From positions 391 through 64,390 of the forward strand of contig JAZDKK010000062.1 in assembly GCA_043803015.1 (NCBI GenBank): a stretch of 64,000 nt of DNA. The letters run 5' to 3'. The notes under the pieces are model-generated. The model was given only the letters and a program-made list of their open reading frames with translations. It ran no database searches and was not told the DNA's origin. Position 1 is the first letter of the stretch; each line of letters opens with the position of its first letter. The translations under genes and the position numbers were made by a program. This document shows, in pieces, positions 1-9,418 of the stretch. The stretch comes from Verrucomicrobiota bacterium (GTDB taxonomy: Bacteria; Verrucomicrobiota; Kiritimatiellia; CAIQIC01; JAGNIJ01).

Positions 1-3000
1 TCGAAGGTCTTCCACTCCACCGTGCCGATCTCGCCCAGGAAGGCGGGTTTGTTGTACGCCTGGCGCAGGGTGCGGTGGTACTTCGAGACGGTCACGGGCG
101 GCGTGATCCAGTTGTACAGGTCGGCGTACGCGTGGATCTGCGGCACGTCCACGATCGGGAAGCCCTGGTCCCAGTACTCGTCCGTCGCATAGCTCGCCGT
201 CGTCGGATGGCCGAACGGGTCGTTGGTCTTGAAGTAGCTGTTGATGTACGTCAGCCACGGGATCGTGTAGTCGTTCCCGTCGCACTGGTTGGTGTCCATG
301 TTCAGGTAGGGGTTCTCGCCGAAGAGCGCGGACTTGTTGGTCACGTACAGCGGGTCCTGGTAGCGGATGCCGTTGGCCGAGTTGGCGAACGTGCCGAACA
401 TCTCGGAGACCAGCGCCCACACGCCGATCGCCTCGCTGTAGCCCCACCGCGCGATGATGTAGCGGTACAGCCGGTCCTGGTACTCCCGGTACGTCGAGTC
501 GTAGAAGAACTTCTGGTTCTTCGGCGGATCGTCCAGCTCGCTGAACGCGTTGACGTACCACTCCGGCTCGCTGAACTTGGTGCCGAACGCCTTGGCCCAG
601 CTCCCGTTCAGGCGCCACTTGTGGAAGTTGAAGTCGCGGATCGCGTCGTGCGGCCAGATCGTGAACGCCAGCTTCACGTTGTGCCGCTCGGCGTGGCCGA
701 GCACGCGGTCGACCTCGGCCGCGCGGTTCTGCTCGTACGTGTCGAACGACGACCGCTCGCGCCAGCTCTCCGTCGGGTCGGCGGGTTTGACGGTCAGCAA
801 GGTGTCCCACGGCGCCGACCACCAGTGGATCATGTTGATGCCGTGCTCCTCGCAGTTCGCGAAGAGGCCCTCGTCGTCGCCGTCCCAGGCGTGGCAGTAG
901 CCCCTGCCGAAGAACGGCGTATCGTCCGCGTGCTCGAAGTAGTGCGCGTCGTTGTCGGACACGCGGATCCAGCCGTGCCGGTCGCCGGCGACGCACGTGA
1001 AGTTCTGCACGGAGCTCGTGCTCGCGCCGAGGTGATTGCCCACGGTCACGCGGTAGCTCCACGAGCCGGCCTGGTTCGGCGCGAAGCGGATCCTCCACGT
1101 CCCGTTGCCCGGCGTGTCGCCCGGGCTTTCCATGTAGAAGCCGTTCACCTTGCACGCGGTGCCCGACGGCGAGGTGAACGTGGCGTTCAGGTCCACCATG
1201 TGCGGGTCGAACGGGTTCAGGCCCTGCACGTTGTTCAGGCCCACCGCCACCTCGTACTTCTGGTACCGGCCGACCGAGTTCGTCGCCGGCGTGATGGACG
1301 AGATCGAAGGCGCCGCCACCGGCCCCTTCGGCAGCACGTTGATCGAGTCGATCCCGACGCCCCCTTCCCAGATATCCCGGTTGGCCCAGACGATCTCCAG
1401 GCCCACTTCGTCGACATCCGTCAGGACCGCGGTCGGCAGGCCCGACAGGTCCCACGACAGCAGGTTCCACTGGCACGGCGTCAGGACGAATTCGGGGCTC
1501 ACGTGAGTGTAGACCCAGTTGTCCGAGGAGGAACGGACGTAGATCTTCACGCGGACCGCGTGGTGCGGGTTGGACGGCGCATCGCACGGCGCCCAGACGT
1601 AGGTCTGCAGGATCGGCCGGTAGAGGAGGTTCTCGTTCTCCACCAGGTCCCAGTCCTTCACGTAGAACTTGCCGTAGCCGGCGCCGTTGCTCGGCGTGAC
1701 CCACAACGCGCCCCCCGTCGGGTTGCCCAGGCCGTTCGTCCACTGGATCGTCGGCATGCCGAAGCTCCAGTCCTCACTCGTCCAGCTCTCCGTGTTCGTG
1801 CGGAACGAGTAGAGGTTCCTGCCCATCACGGGGAACGTGGCCGCGTCGATGTAGATCGGTCCGGTGTAGTCCGAGCCGGCGCCGCCGCGCTTGATGCGCG
1901 CGCCGATGGCGCGGATCTTCTGCGGGTTGAAGCCCGTGTCCGTCCAGACGCCCGGCCCGCCGTTCGTCAGGACGGTGAGCGTGAGCGTCATCCAGGAGTT
2001 CTCGACGATGTCGGACTCGCCGGCCCACTGCGCGAGCCATTGCGCGTCCTTCGCGTAGACCTGGACCTTGTTCGGGTTCGAGGTGCTGCCGCGGGAGCCG
2101 GTCGGACAGTACAGGCTGACCTGCAGCGGCTGGCCGTCGAGGTTGACCGGACCCTGGAGTCCCGCCGGCGGGTCGTACTCCATGTTCACCTCGGCGTCGC
2201 CGCGGTCGTACAGGTTGCTGCCGAAGATCTTCACCCACGCCTTCAGGCTGCTGTTGCTGTGGAGCGAGCGCTCCGTTGTGCGGACGACGCCCGTGATGCC
2301 GTAGCCGGCCCAGGACTGGTAGTTCGCGTACCAGCCTTCCAGCCCCGTCTCAAAGCTGTAGCGCATGTTGTCGAACGAGGTCCGCGTCACGGTCACGACG
2401 GCCTCCGCGCTGTCCGCGAGCCCGTCGTACGCCACGTACGAGAAGCTGTCCTCGCCGTTCCAGCCGAGCTGCGGCTTGTAGACCATGTTCGGCGGCGTGC
2501 CGAAGACCCAGCCGTGCTGCGGCTTCGTCTTGATCCGGTACGAGAGCGGGTCGCCGTTCGCGTCGGAGGCCACGAGCGTGAATGCCGTCGTATCGCCGTT
2601 CGGCTTGGCCACGATCCAGAGGTTGGACGCCACGGGGGCCGCGTTCGCCCGGTTCGTCGGGATGTTCCGCGCCGCCAGGCGGTCCGCATGCGCCTTGATC
2701 ACCGGGTTCACCGGGTCGTCCGCGTAGATCACGAACCCGTCGTCGCGCTTGATCTTCACGTTGTCCACGAAGACGTCGCCGTGGCCGGCCGGCAGGTCCT
2801 TGAACACGAGGGCAACCTGGCGGACGTCCTCCAGCACGTTGGAGGCCGGGCTCGGGATGTTGATCAGGTAGTTCGTCCTCGTGACGCCATTGCTGACCCA
2901 CACGTAGTGGCCGGCGCTCAGGTCGAACAGGACCCGGTTCCAGCCGGCCGTCAGGGCACTCGCCGCCCCTTCGCACCAGGTGAGGTCGGGGCCGCCGACC

Positions 3001-6000
3001 ACGGCGAGCGAAACCTTCAGCGTGTAGGCGTTCGGGTTGTAGAAGCTCCAGAAGAACTTGGTCCGGTTGATGCCGCGCGTCGGCGGGTCGTTCGTCAGGC
3101 TGTTGTCCACGCGCAGGACCCACGTCTCGTTGGTCGGGCACTTGAACAAGGCCTGGTTCGCGCCGTTCGTGCCGTACCAGGACATCTTCAGGGCGTTGGT
3201 CCCCTGAACGACGTGTTCGCCGGAGAGCACGATCGACGTCGCGCAGCCGCTGCCGGTTTCCGCGTACCACGGCGCCACCTGCTCGCCCGCGTGGAAGAAG
3301 TCTTCCCACATGCCCTGGAACCCGAAGTTCCAGAAGAAGGACCCGGAGATGCCCGAGTTCTCGATGTGGCCGTAGTACTGGCTGTAGATGTTCACCCGGT
3401 CCTGGAGCGTGTACTCCGGCGTGCGCGTGAGCTGCACCTGCCCGTAGGACCCGTTGAAGATCCAGCCGATGGCGTGGATGCCGAACTCCTCCAGGATCAT
3501 CGGCTTGCCGATCGTTTCGTGCGCGTCGTACCAATGATCGTTGATCCACTCGAAGCGTTGGTCAGCGCCGTTCTGGTTCGTGCGCCAGACGTTGTATTCC
3601 TTCTGGTCCACGTAGATGCGCGCGGTGCAGAAGTTGATGTTGGAATTGCCGGCCCGCCACTCCGAGTTGGTCGGCTGTTGGTTCGTGTAGAACCCGTCCT
3701 GCCACTGCACGAACGTGGCCAGCGTGTTGTTGTCGCTGAGAAAATCCACGCCGTGCCCGCGTCCGCACCCGTACAGGTCGCACGTCGAACTGCCGGTCCC
3801 GTACACCCCGTAGTGGTAGTAGTTGATCGGGTAATCTTCCCACGGGATCGTGTCGGCGAAGTCATACGTGTTGACGTAACCGCCCTCTTCGCCGTTCCCC
3901 AGGATGTGGTTGGCGTCGATCGTCCGCACCCAGTCGCTCTGGTCGTGCAGCCAGGTGTGGATCTTGCCGCCGCCGAAGTCCGACTCGCACCGCGGCTCGT
4001 TCACGATCTCCCACGCGAAGACCGTCGGGTCGTTCTTGTACACCACCCCCGTGATCGTGTTCGTCCGGTTCAACAGCTTCGTGACGTAGTCCCGGTACCA
4101 CTGCCGGCACCACTGGTTGGTCCAGAACTGGTCGTGGTACTCCACCCCCTCCTTGTTCAGGTTCGTGTTCACCGACTCCGGGTGCTCCCGGGTGGCCCAG
4201 TGGACGTACTGGAAGATGCCGCCGTTGTGCGCCCAGTTGTCGCAGAGGCCCAGCATCAGCCGGATGTTCCGGTGGCCCGCCTCCGCCACGATCCGGTCCA
4301 GGTGCTCGAACATCAGCTCGTTCCACACGCCGCGCTGCGGCTGGAAGCTGTAGGGTTTGCCTTCCTGCATCGCCCACGTGCGGATCACCTGCAGGTGGTT
4401 GCTCGACGCCCAGTCAAGGCACTGCCTCACGATCGCGTCGGGCTCGGTCTGCAGGTACTCGATGTTCGCGCCGCAGAAGTAGAAGTTCGTCCCGCCGACG
4501 ATGAACTTGGTCCCGTTGGGCTTCACGAACGCGCCCGCGAGCTTCACGTAATTGGTCCCGGTTTCCTTGCCGCCGACGACGAGGTCATCGATGAAGACCG
4601 CGCCGGTCCAGGCCGCGTTGGCGTAGACCTGGATGGCGACGAACCCGATCGCCTCGGTGTTCATCGGCCCCGCCGGCGAATTCGTCGCGTAGTCGAGCGG
4701 GTTGTCGAGGTCGAAGTCGAACGTGTTGTACCCGGCGCCGCCCGCGCCGAACTTCTTGAAGTACCACTGGTCCGTGATCTTGTCGTAGACATTGATCGAC
4801 ACCTCGAAGTTCAGCAGCCCCTCGACGGCCGGGTAGAAGCCGAGCCGGGCCTGGATCCTGCGGTGGTCCTTCGTGCTGAGGTTCAGGGCCGGCTGGTAGC
4901 CGATCTCGAACACGCCCTTGCGCAGGACGTCGTAGTTCGTCGTGACCACGCCATTGTTGGTGACCACCTCGTCCACGCCGAGCTGGAAGGCCGCGTTCGC
5001 GCCCAGCGCGACCGACCCGTTCACGCCCCAGTTGGTCCCGTAGTACACGCTGTTCCACGCCTTGGCGTGCCAACCCTCGGGGTTGGCGCCCCACTTCCAC
5101 CATGCCTGCTGGGAGTTGGCCTCCATGTCGTAGAGGTGCTGCGTGTTGTTCGTGATGGCCGGCGGCGGATCGCCCGGGAACATCACGGTGTCGGCGTAGA
5201 TCGGCCCCTGGTAGTTGCCGCCCATGGAATGGCGGTAGACGTTGATGCCGATGGAGATGATCTTGCGCGGGTTGAAGCCCGCGTTCGTCACCACCACCAG
5301 CGAAAGGGTCTGCGTGGTGGTGCCGAAGGGAATCGAGAGGTAGTTCGTCGCGTAGATCGAGTTCCAGTTCTCGTCCTTGGCGAACAGCTTGAGCTGGTGG
5401 TGAGCCCAGAGCTGGGAGTTGGTGCCGCTCGACCCCGCCGGGCACAGGACGCGCACCGTGACCGTCGCGCTGTTGAGGTCAACCGGGATCGGCGTCCGCG
5501 ACAGCGGCGGATAGTAGCGCATGTCCACCGACGATTCGCCCGTGTCCTGGCCCGCCGTGAGATTGCAGTCGATCTTCAGCGAGCGGTATCCCGTGTCCGC
5601 CCAGTTGGTGCTGTGCGAGGTGTTCGTCACCCCGCCCCAGGTGCCCCACCCTTCCTTGTTCGGCTCGAAGCCGTACTGCTCGTTGCCGTAACGGACGACC
5701 TCCCAGGTGCCCGTCGGGGCGGGATACGAAAACGCCACCACCCTGAACAGCGCGCTCGTCGAGATCGCGCTGTCTGCGTAGCCCGCCGCCCGCGCGAAGG
5801 CCCGCACGTTGTTGCTGTACGGCTGGAACAGCCCGATGCTGTTCCCGCTCGGGACCGACGGCGAATTCGTCGTCGGCGCCGTCCCGTTCGTCGCGTAGTA
5901 GATGGTCGAACCGGGGGTCGTCGAGCTCAAGGCCACGCTCACCGAGTTCGTAAACGTCCCGCCGTTCGGATTGTACGTCGGCGCCGCCGCCTGCGAAGAC

Positions 6001-9000
6001 GCCACCACCCTGAACAGCGTGCTCGTCGAGATCGCGCTGTCCGTGTAGCCCGCCGCGCGCGCAAAGGCCCTCACGTTGTTGCTGTACGGCTGGAACAGCC
6101 CGACGCTGTTCCCGCTGGGCACCGACGGCGAATTCGTCGTCGGCGCCGTCCCGTTGGTCGAGTAGTAGATCGTCGAGCCGGGAGTCGTCGAACTCAGCGT
6201 CACGCTGACCGAGTTCGTAAACGTCCCGCCGTTCGGGTTGTACGTCGGTGCCGCCGCCGGCGGATACGCGACCACCCTGAACAATGCGCTCGTCGAAATC
6301 GCGCTGTCCGTGTAGCCCGCCGCCCGTGCAAACGCCCTCACGTTGTTGCTGTAGGGCTGGACCAGTGCGATCGAATTGCCGCTCGGAATGGACGGCGAGT
6401 TCGTCGTCGGCGCCGTCCCGTTCGTCGCGTAGTAGATGGTCGAACCGGGGGTCGTCGAACTCAGCGTCACGCTCACCGAGTTCGTAAACGTCCCGCCGTT
6501 CGGGTTGTACGTCGGTGCCGCCGCCTGCGAAGACGCCGGCACGGGCAGGAGCTGGCCTCCGCCGCTCAGGTTGTACGTCTGGCTCTGCAGGTAGCTGTTG
6601 GAGGGGTGGTCGGACCGGTAGTAGACGTTCAGGGCCGAGGAGAGGTTCGTCACGCGGCCCGCGCTCCCGTCGAGGTCGAGCCAGGTCACGTAGAGCGCGG
6701 GCGACCCCACGCCCGGCGCCCCCTCGACCGTCAGCAGGGCGGGCGACCCGAGGTAGAGCCGGCCGAGCGCGAAGCTGTTGCTGTAGCCGGCCAGCGACTG
6801 GCCCAGGTTCGCCCCGGCCACCAGCATCGTGTGGACGCCGGAGCCGGTGAACCGCAAGGTCATGGTGTTGGCGCCGTAGTTCGCCGGGTTGGTGATCTGG
6901 CACGCGTAGTTGCCGTTCACGACCGTCACGGTGCCGCTCGGCGCAAAGAACCCGGCGCCGTTCCCCATCGCCACGCCGTTGGAGAACGTGGCCGAAACGT
7001 TGTTGCTGAACGTCACCTGCCCGGCATTCGTGGCGATCAGGCCCGCGCTGAACGTTGCGCCGTCGCGCACCGTCAGCCGGCCCAGCGAACCCACGTTCAG
7101 GGCGCCGACCTTCACGTACGTGCCCGCGCCCTGCGCATCCACCAGCCCGGCTCCGCCGCCGCCGTTGTATCCTATATAGGTCGTGCTGCCGTTGGTCTGC
7201 ACCCACTGCCCGCCCGCGGCCACGTTCACGATCCCCGTGCAGCCGGCCGAATAGCCCACGACCGACGAGTTGCCGTACGTGGCCGTCGACCCGTTCAGGA
7301 GCAGTTTGCCCTGCGAGGTATAGCCGATGTACTGCGCGCCGGCGAATTCCACGACCGAGTTCAACGCCGTGATCGTGCCGTCACCGCCGTAGCCGATGAG
7401 GGCCTGGGCGCCGTTGATCAGGCGCAGGCAGCTGTTCGAAAGGATGTATTTCGCCGTACTGCCGGCGGCACTGCCCATGTAGAGCGCCCCGCCCACCGTG
7501 GATGTGCTGGCGGAGAGTTGGACCTCTCCGTACGACCCGGCCGCCTGCGCCATGTACTGTCCCCCGTAGGCGAAGACCTGGGAATTCGACGCCGAGATGC
7601 TCCCGTAGCCGTAGTAGCCCAGGTAGTTCACGCCCCCGGTCACGATCAGCGTGCTGCCCGCCGCCAGGTTGTAGATTCCCGTGCTGGCCGCGCTGTTCCC
7701 CATCATGAGGGTGCTCCGAACGAGGTTGGTGCCGGCGTTCAGACGGATGGTGCCCACACCGTTCGAGCTGTTGCCGACATACGTCACCCCCGCGCTGATC
7801 AAAGCTGAATTCGAGATCCACACGGTGCCCTGCCCGGAGTTTCCAATGTACGTGTACCAACCGCTGTTGGTGGTCTCCAGCCGGCTCCCGTTCGCCAGGT
7901 TGACAACGCCCGTGCCGCCCGCGGCGACGTTCAGCTCCGCGCCGATGATGTTGGTCCCCGCGTTGAGGTCGAGCCGCCCGGAACTGCTAACGCCGTAGGA
8001 CACGAAAATCTTGCCGCCCGTGTTGAACAGCGAATTGGAGACGAACACATTCCCCTGGCCCCCGTCCTTCCCGATGTAATAGGTGCCCGGCCCCTCCAGC
8101 CGGCTGCCCTGCGCCAGAACGATCACCGCCGTACCGCCCCCGCCGTACCCGATGTATCCGCCCGACTGCACCGTGCCGGTCGAGGCGTACAGGCTCACCT
8201 GCCCGTGGCTGCGGCTGTTGAAGCCCACCTCGACATCCATGCACACGAGCGCCGAGTTGGTGACCACCAGGAAGCCGCGTCCCGCCGAGTTGCCGACGTA
8301 CACCGCCGCGCCCGTTATGCTCAGTAAGCTGTTCCCGGCCACCGTCACCATGCCCGTGCCGGCCCCGGACGCCCCAATCTGAAATGCGCTGCTCAGGATG
8401 CCCGTCGAGGCGTAAAAGTCCATCCGCCCGTAGCTGTTGCTCCCGCCGCCGGCCACCACCCCACCGCCCAGGCGCACCATGGAGTTCGAGACGATAACCA
8501 AGCCGCGCCCGGCGGAGCCGATGCTGAGGCTGGAGTAGTTGGTGGTCTCCAGCAGACTGCCCGAGGTCAGCGTGATGGTGCCTGTGCTTCCCGCGTAGTA
8601 GCCCACGTAGATCGGATCGCTGATCGTCTCCGTCGACGCAGCCAAGCTGAGCTGGCCCGCACTGCCCTCCGACTGCCCCACGTACTGGCGGCCCCCGATG
8701 TTCAGCGTCGCGCCGGTCGCCAGCAACGTGCCCCGGCCCATGTTGCCGACAGACATCCCGTCTCCGCCCGTGTTCGAGATGACCAGCAGGCTCCCCGCGC
8801 TCAGGGTCATGTCGCCCGTGCTGCCGCCGATGTAGCCGATCATGACAAACCAGCCGACCTGATTCGTCGAGCGGGAGAGCAGCAGACTTCCGTAGCTTCC
8901 ACTGTTGTAGCCGATGTACTCCCCCTGCGCGACGTTAATGCACGACGTGTACCAGTTGTGCCACGTCCTTTGTCCGTTGGTTTCGCCGACGTAGTAGTCG

Positions 9001-9164
9001 GTGTAGTTCGTCGTCACGTTGTACCACGAGCTCGTCTGGGCGAGCGCCCCGACGGCGAGGAGCCAGACCGAGAGTGCAAGAAGCCGCCCAACTGCGGGCG
9101 GCCGTTTCCGTTGCTTGAGGTGGAGATTCAGGTTCTGGGCGGCGCACGAGGCGCTCGTCTTCAT
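1..9164 (-). CDS. Giant secreted multidomain glycoside hydrolase, C-terminus cut by the window edge (at least 3054 aa). Domains in order: signal peptide, PATR-like beta-helical repeats, 3 CHB_HEX_C-like repeats, CBM-like modules, GH5 mannanase-like barrel, cadherin-like Ig domain, DUF5060-like domain plus a second clan GH-A barrel
   Basis: Own translation of the minus frame (codon starts = 2 mod 3). ATG 9164..9162 follows GGAGG (9175..9171) after a 6-nt spacer. The N-terminus MKTSASC...GRLLALSVWLLAVGALAQTSS is a signal peptide. No minus-strand ORF of this frame appears in the track between 1 and 9201, consistent with one open frame with no stop in the window. Hand-verified motifs: FAWEIVNEPRCE at 4019..3984 (GH5 acid/base), GKPMILEEFG at 3509..3480 (nucleophile), YCHAWDGDDEGLFANCEEHG at 899..840, FLGEIG at 41..24. 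The N-terminal third is made of G/S/T-rich repeats (for example GSLLVISNTGG, GTLLATGATLNIGG). Domain boundaries are approximate. Confidence 0.85.
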   Translation of the reverse strand, partial: MKTSASCAAQNLNLHLKQRKRPPAVGRLLALSVWLLAVGALAQTSSWYNVTTNYTDYYVGETNGQRTWHNWYTSCINVAQGEYIGYNSGSYGSLLLSRSTNQVGWFVMIGYIGGSTGDMTLSAGSLLVISNTGGDGMSVGNMGRGTLLATGATLNIGGRQYVGQSEGSAGQLSLAASTETISDPIYVGYYAGSTGTITLTSGSLLETTNYSSLSIGSAGRGLVIVSNSMVRLGGGVVAGGGSNSYGRMDFYASTGILSSAFQIGASGAGTGMVTVAGNSLLSITGAAVYVGNSAGRGFLVVTNSALVCMDVEVGFNSRSHGQVSLYASTGTVQSGGYIGYGGGGTAVIVLAQGSRLEGPGTYYIGKDGGQGNVFVSNSLFNTGGKIFVSYGVSSSGRLDLNAGTNIIGAELNVAAGGTGVVNLANGSRLETTNSGWYTYIGNSGQGTVWISNSALISAGVTYVGNSSNGVGTIRLNAGTNLVRSTLMMGNSAASTGIYNLAAGSTLIVTGGVNYLGYYGYGSISASNSQVFAYGGQYMAQAAGSYGEVQLSASTSTVGGALYMGSAAGSTAKYILSNSCLRLINGAQALIGYGGDGTITALNSVVEFAGAQYIGYTSQGKLLLNGSTATYGNSSVVGYSAGCTGIVNVAAGGQWVQTNGSTTYIGYNGGGGAGLVDAQGAGTYVKVGALNVGSLGRLTVRDGATFSAGLIATNAGQVTFSNNVSATFSNGVAMGNGAGFFAPSGTVTVVNGNYACQITNPANYGANTMTLRFTGSGVHTMLVAGANLGQSLAGYSNSFALGRLYLGSPALLTVEGAPGVGSPALYVTWLDLDGSAGRVTNLSSALNVYYRSDHPSNSYLQSQTYNLSGGGQLLPVPASSQAAAPTYNPNGGTFTNSVSVTLSSTTPGSTIYYATNGTAPTTNSPSIPSGNSIALVQPYSNNVRAFARAAGYTDSAISTSALFRVVAYPPAAAPTYNPNGGTFTNSVSVTLSSTTPGSTIYYSTNGTAPTTNSPSVPSGNSVGLFQPYSNNVRAFARAAGYTDSAISTSTLFRVVASSQAAAPTYNPNGGTFTNSVSVALSSTTPGSTIYYATNGTAPTTNSPSVPSGNSIGLFQPYSNNVRAFARAAGYADSAISTSALFRVVAFSYPAPTGTWEVVRYGNEQYGFEPNKEGWGTWGGVTNTSHSTNWADTGYRSLKIDCNLTAGQDTGESSVDMRYYPPLSRTPIPVDLNSATVTVRVLCPAGSSGTNSQLWAHHQLKLFAKDENWNSIYATNYLSIPFGTTTQTLSLVVVTNAGFNPRKIISIGINVYRHSMGGNYQGPIYADTVMFPGDPPPAITNNTQHLYDMEANSQQAWWKWGANPEGWHAKAWNSVYYGTNWGVNGSVALGANAAFQLGVDEVVTNNGVVTTNYDVLRKGVFEIGYQPALNLSTKDHRRIQARLGFYPAVEGLLNFEVSINVYDKITDQWYFKKFGAGGAGYNTFDFDLDNPLDYATNSPAGPMNTEAIGFVAIQVYANAAWTGAVFIDDLVVGGKETGTNYVKLAGAFVKPNGTKFIVGGTNFYFCGANIEYLQTEPDAIVRQCLDWASSNHLQVIRTWAMQEGKPYSFQPQRGVWNELMFEHLDRIVAEAGHRNIRLMLGLCDNWAHNGGIFQYVHWATREHPESVNTNLNKEGVEYHDQFWTNQWCRQWYRDYVTKLLNRTNTITGVVYKNDPTVFAWEIVNEPRCESDFGGGKIHTWLHDQSDWVRTIDANHILGNGEEGGYVNTYDFADTIPWEDYPINYYHYGVYGTGSSTCDLYGCGRGHGVDFLSDNNTLATFVQWQDGFYTNQQPTNSEWRAGNSNINFCTARIYVDQKEYNVWRTNQNGADQRFEWINDHWYDAHETIGKPMILEEFGIHAIGWIFNGSYGQVQLTRTPEYTLQDRVNIYSQYYGHIENSGISGSFFWNFGFQGMWEDFFHAGEQVAPWYAETGSGCATSIVLSGEHVVQGTNALKMSWYGTNGANQALFKCPTNETWVLRVDNSLTNDPPTRGINRTKFFWSFYNPNAYTLKVSLAVVGGPDLTWCEGAASALTAGWNRVLFDLSAGHYVWVSNGVTRTNYLINIPSPASNVLEDVRQVALVFKDLPAGHGDVFVDNVKIKRDDGFVIYADDPVNPVIKAHADRLAARNIPTNRANAAPVASNLWIVAKPNGDTTAFTLVASDANGDPLSYRIKTKPQHGWVFGTPPNMVYKPQLGWNGEDSFSYVAYDGLADSAEAVVTVTRTSFDNMRYSFETGLEGWYANYQSWAGYGITGVVRTTERSLHSNSSLKAWVKIFGSNLYDRGDAEVNMEYDPPAGLQGPVNLDGQPLQVSLYCPTGSRGSTSNPNKVQVYAKDAQWLAQWAGESDIVENSWMTLTLTVLTNGGPGVWTDTGFNPQKIRAIGARIKRGGAGSDYTGPIYIDAATFPVMGRNLYSFRTNTESWTSEDWSFGMPTIQWTNGLGNPTGGALWVTPSNGAGYGKFYVKDWDLVENENLLYRPILQTYVWAPCDAPSNPHHAVRVKIYVRSSSDNWVYTHVSPEFVLTPCQWNLLSWDLSGLPTAVLTDVDEVGLEIVWANRDIWEGGVGIDSINVLPKGPVAAPSISSITPATNSVGRYQKYEVAVGLNNVQGLNPFDPHMVDLNATFTSPSGTACKVNGFYMESPGDTPGNGTWRIRFAPNQAGSWSYRVTVGNHLGASTSSVQNFTCVAGDRHGWIRVSDNDAHYFEHADDTPFFGRGYCHAWDGDDEGLFANCEEHGINMIHWWSAPWDTLLTVKPADPTESWRERSSFDTYEQNRAAEVDRVLGHAERHNVKLAFTIWPHDAIRDFNFHKWRLNGSWAKAFGTKFSEPEWYVNAFSELDDPPKNQKFFYDSTYREYQDRLYRYIIARWGYSEAIGVWALVSEMFGTFANSANGIRYQDPLYVTNKSALFGENPYLNMDTNQCDGNDYTIPWLTYINSYFKTNDPFGHPTTASYATDEYWDQGFPIVDVPQIHAYADLYNWITPPVTVSKYHRTLRQAYNKPAFLGEIGTVEWKTF
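5735..6540 (-). repeat. Three tandem coding repeats, each about 268 bp (about 89 aa), inside the giant hydrolase gene; they resemble the chitobiase/hexosaminidase C-terminal domain
   Basis: Near-identical DNA blocks are visible. For example, ccaccaccctgaacagcg...gtcccgccgttcgg recurs near 5737, 6003 and 6268. The translated unit is AAAPTYNPNGGTFTNSVSVTLSSTTPGSTIYYATNGTAPTTNSPS(I/V)PSGNS..PYSNNVRAFARAAGYTDSAISTSALFRVV. Confidence 0.85.
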
Positions 9165-9210
9165 GGGCATCCTCCTTGAACAAACGACTTCGGACTTCCA
9201 AGCAGTGTGC

Positions 9211-9222
9211 TCAACCGGTTGA
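9211..9222. promoter_or_regulatory. Candidate LacI-type operator, perfect palindrome (C)TCAACCGGTTGA(G)
   Basis: gcTCAACCGGTTGAgt has a central CG. It lies 47 bp upstream of the giant hydrolase ATG (9164), in the divergent intergenic region shared with the LacI gene. Confidence 0.55.
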
Positions 9223-9260
9223 GTCACGCGCACAAAGAAAAACACTGACAACATAGGAGA

Positions 9261-9271
9261 TCAACCGGTTG
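9261..9271. promoter_or_regulatory. Candidate LacI-type operator, second copy (TCAACCGGTTG)
   Basis: agaTCAACCGGTTGcgc has the same core, 50 bp from copy 1. Confidence 0.5.
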
Positions 9272-9387
9272 CGCGCAGTAGAGCAAAAAAAGTGCTTTCC
9301 GTCAACCACAAAAAGGGGTATGAGTTACAATAGGCTGTAGACCAATGAGTTCCGTAACAGCTGTTGCGCGCAACAACCTCATAGGAC

Positions 9388-9399
9388 TCAACCGGTTGA
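9388..9399. promoter_or_regulatory. Candidate LacI-type operator, third copy (TCAACCGGTTGA)
   Basis: acTCAACCGGTTGAtg lies 20 bp upstream of the LacI ATG (9419), just before its GGAGG ribosome-binding site. This position fits autoregulation. Confidence 0.55.
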
Positions 9400-9418
9400 T
9401 GCAACTGGAGGCTTCCGT

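Noticed and set aside
5735-6540. Tandem repeats (here and at 25805..27215) considered as a possible CRISPR or satellite array
   Set aside because: The repeats have no unique spacers between them, are 268-473 bp long, and lie in frame within long ORFs encoding repeated protein domains.
75-7808. 2577-aa plus-strand ORF, the longest entry in the track for this region
   Set aside because: Its translation is dominated by R/V/A/P/G/D/H, with no domain motifs. It lies exactly antisense to a minus-strand frame that encodes coherent glycoside hydrolase domains, a signal peptide and a ribosome-binding site. This is a typical GC-rich shadow ORF.
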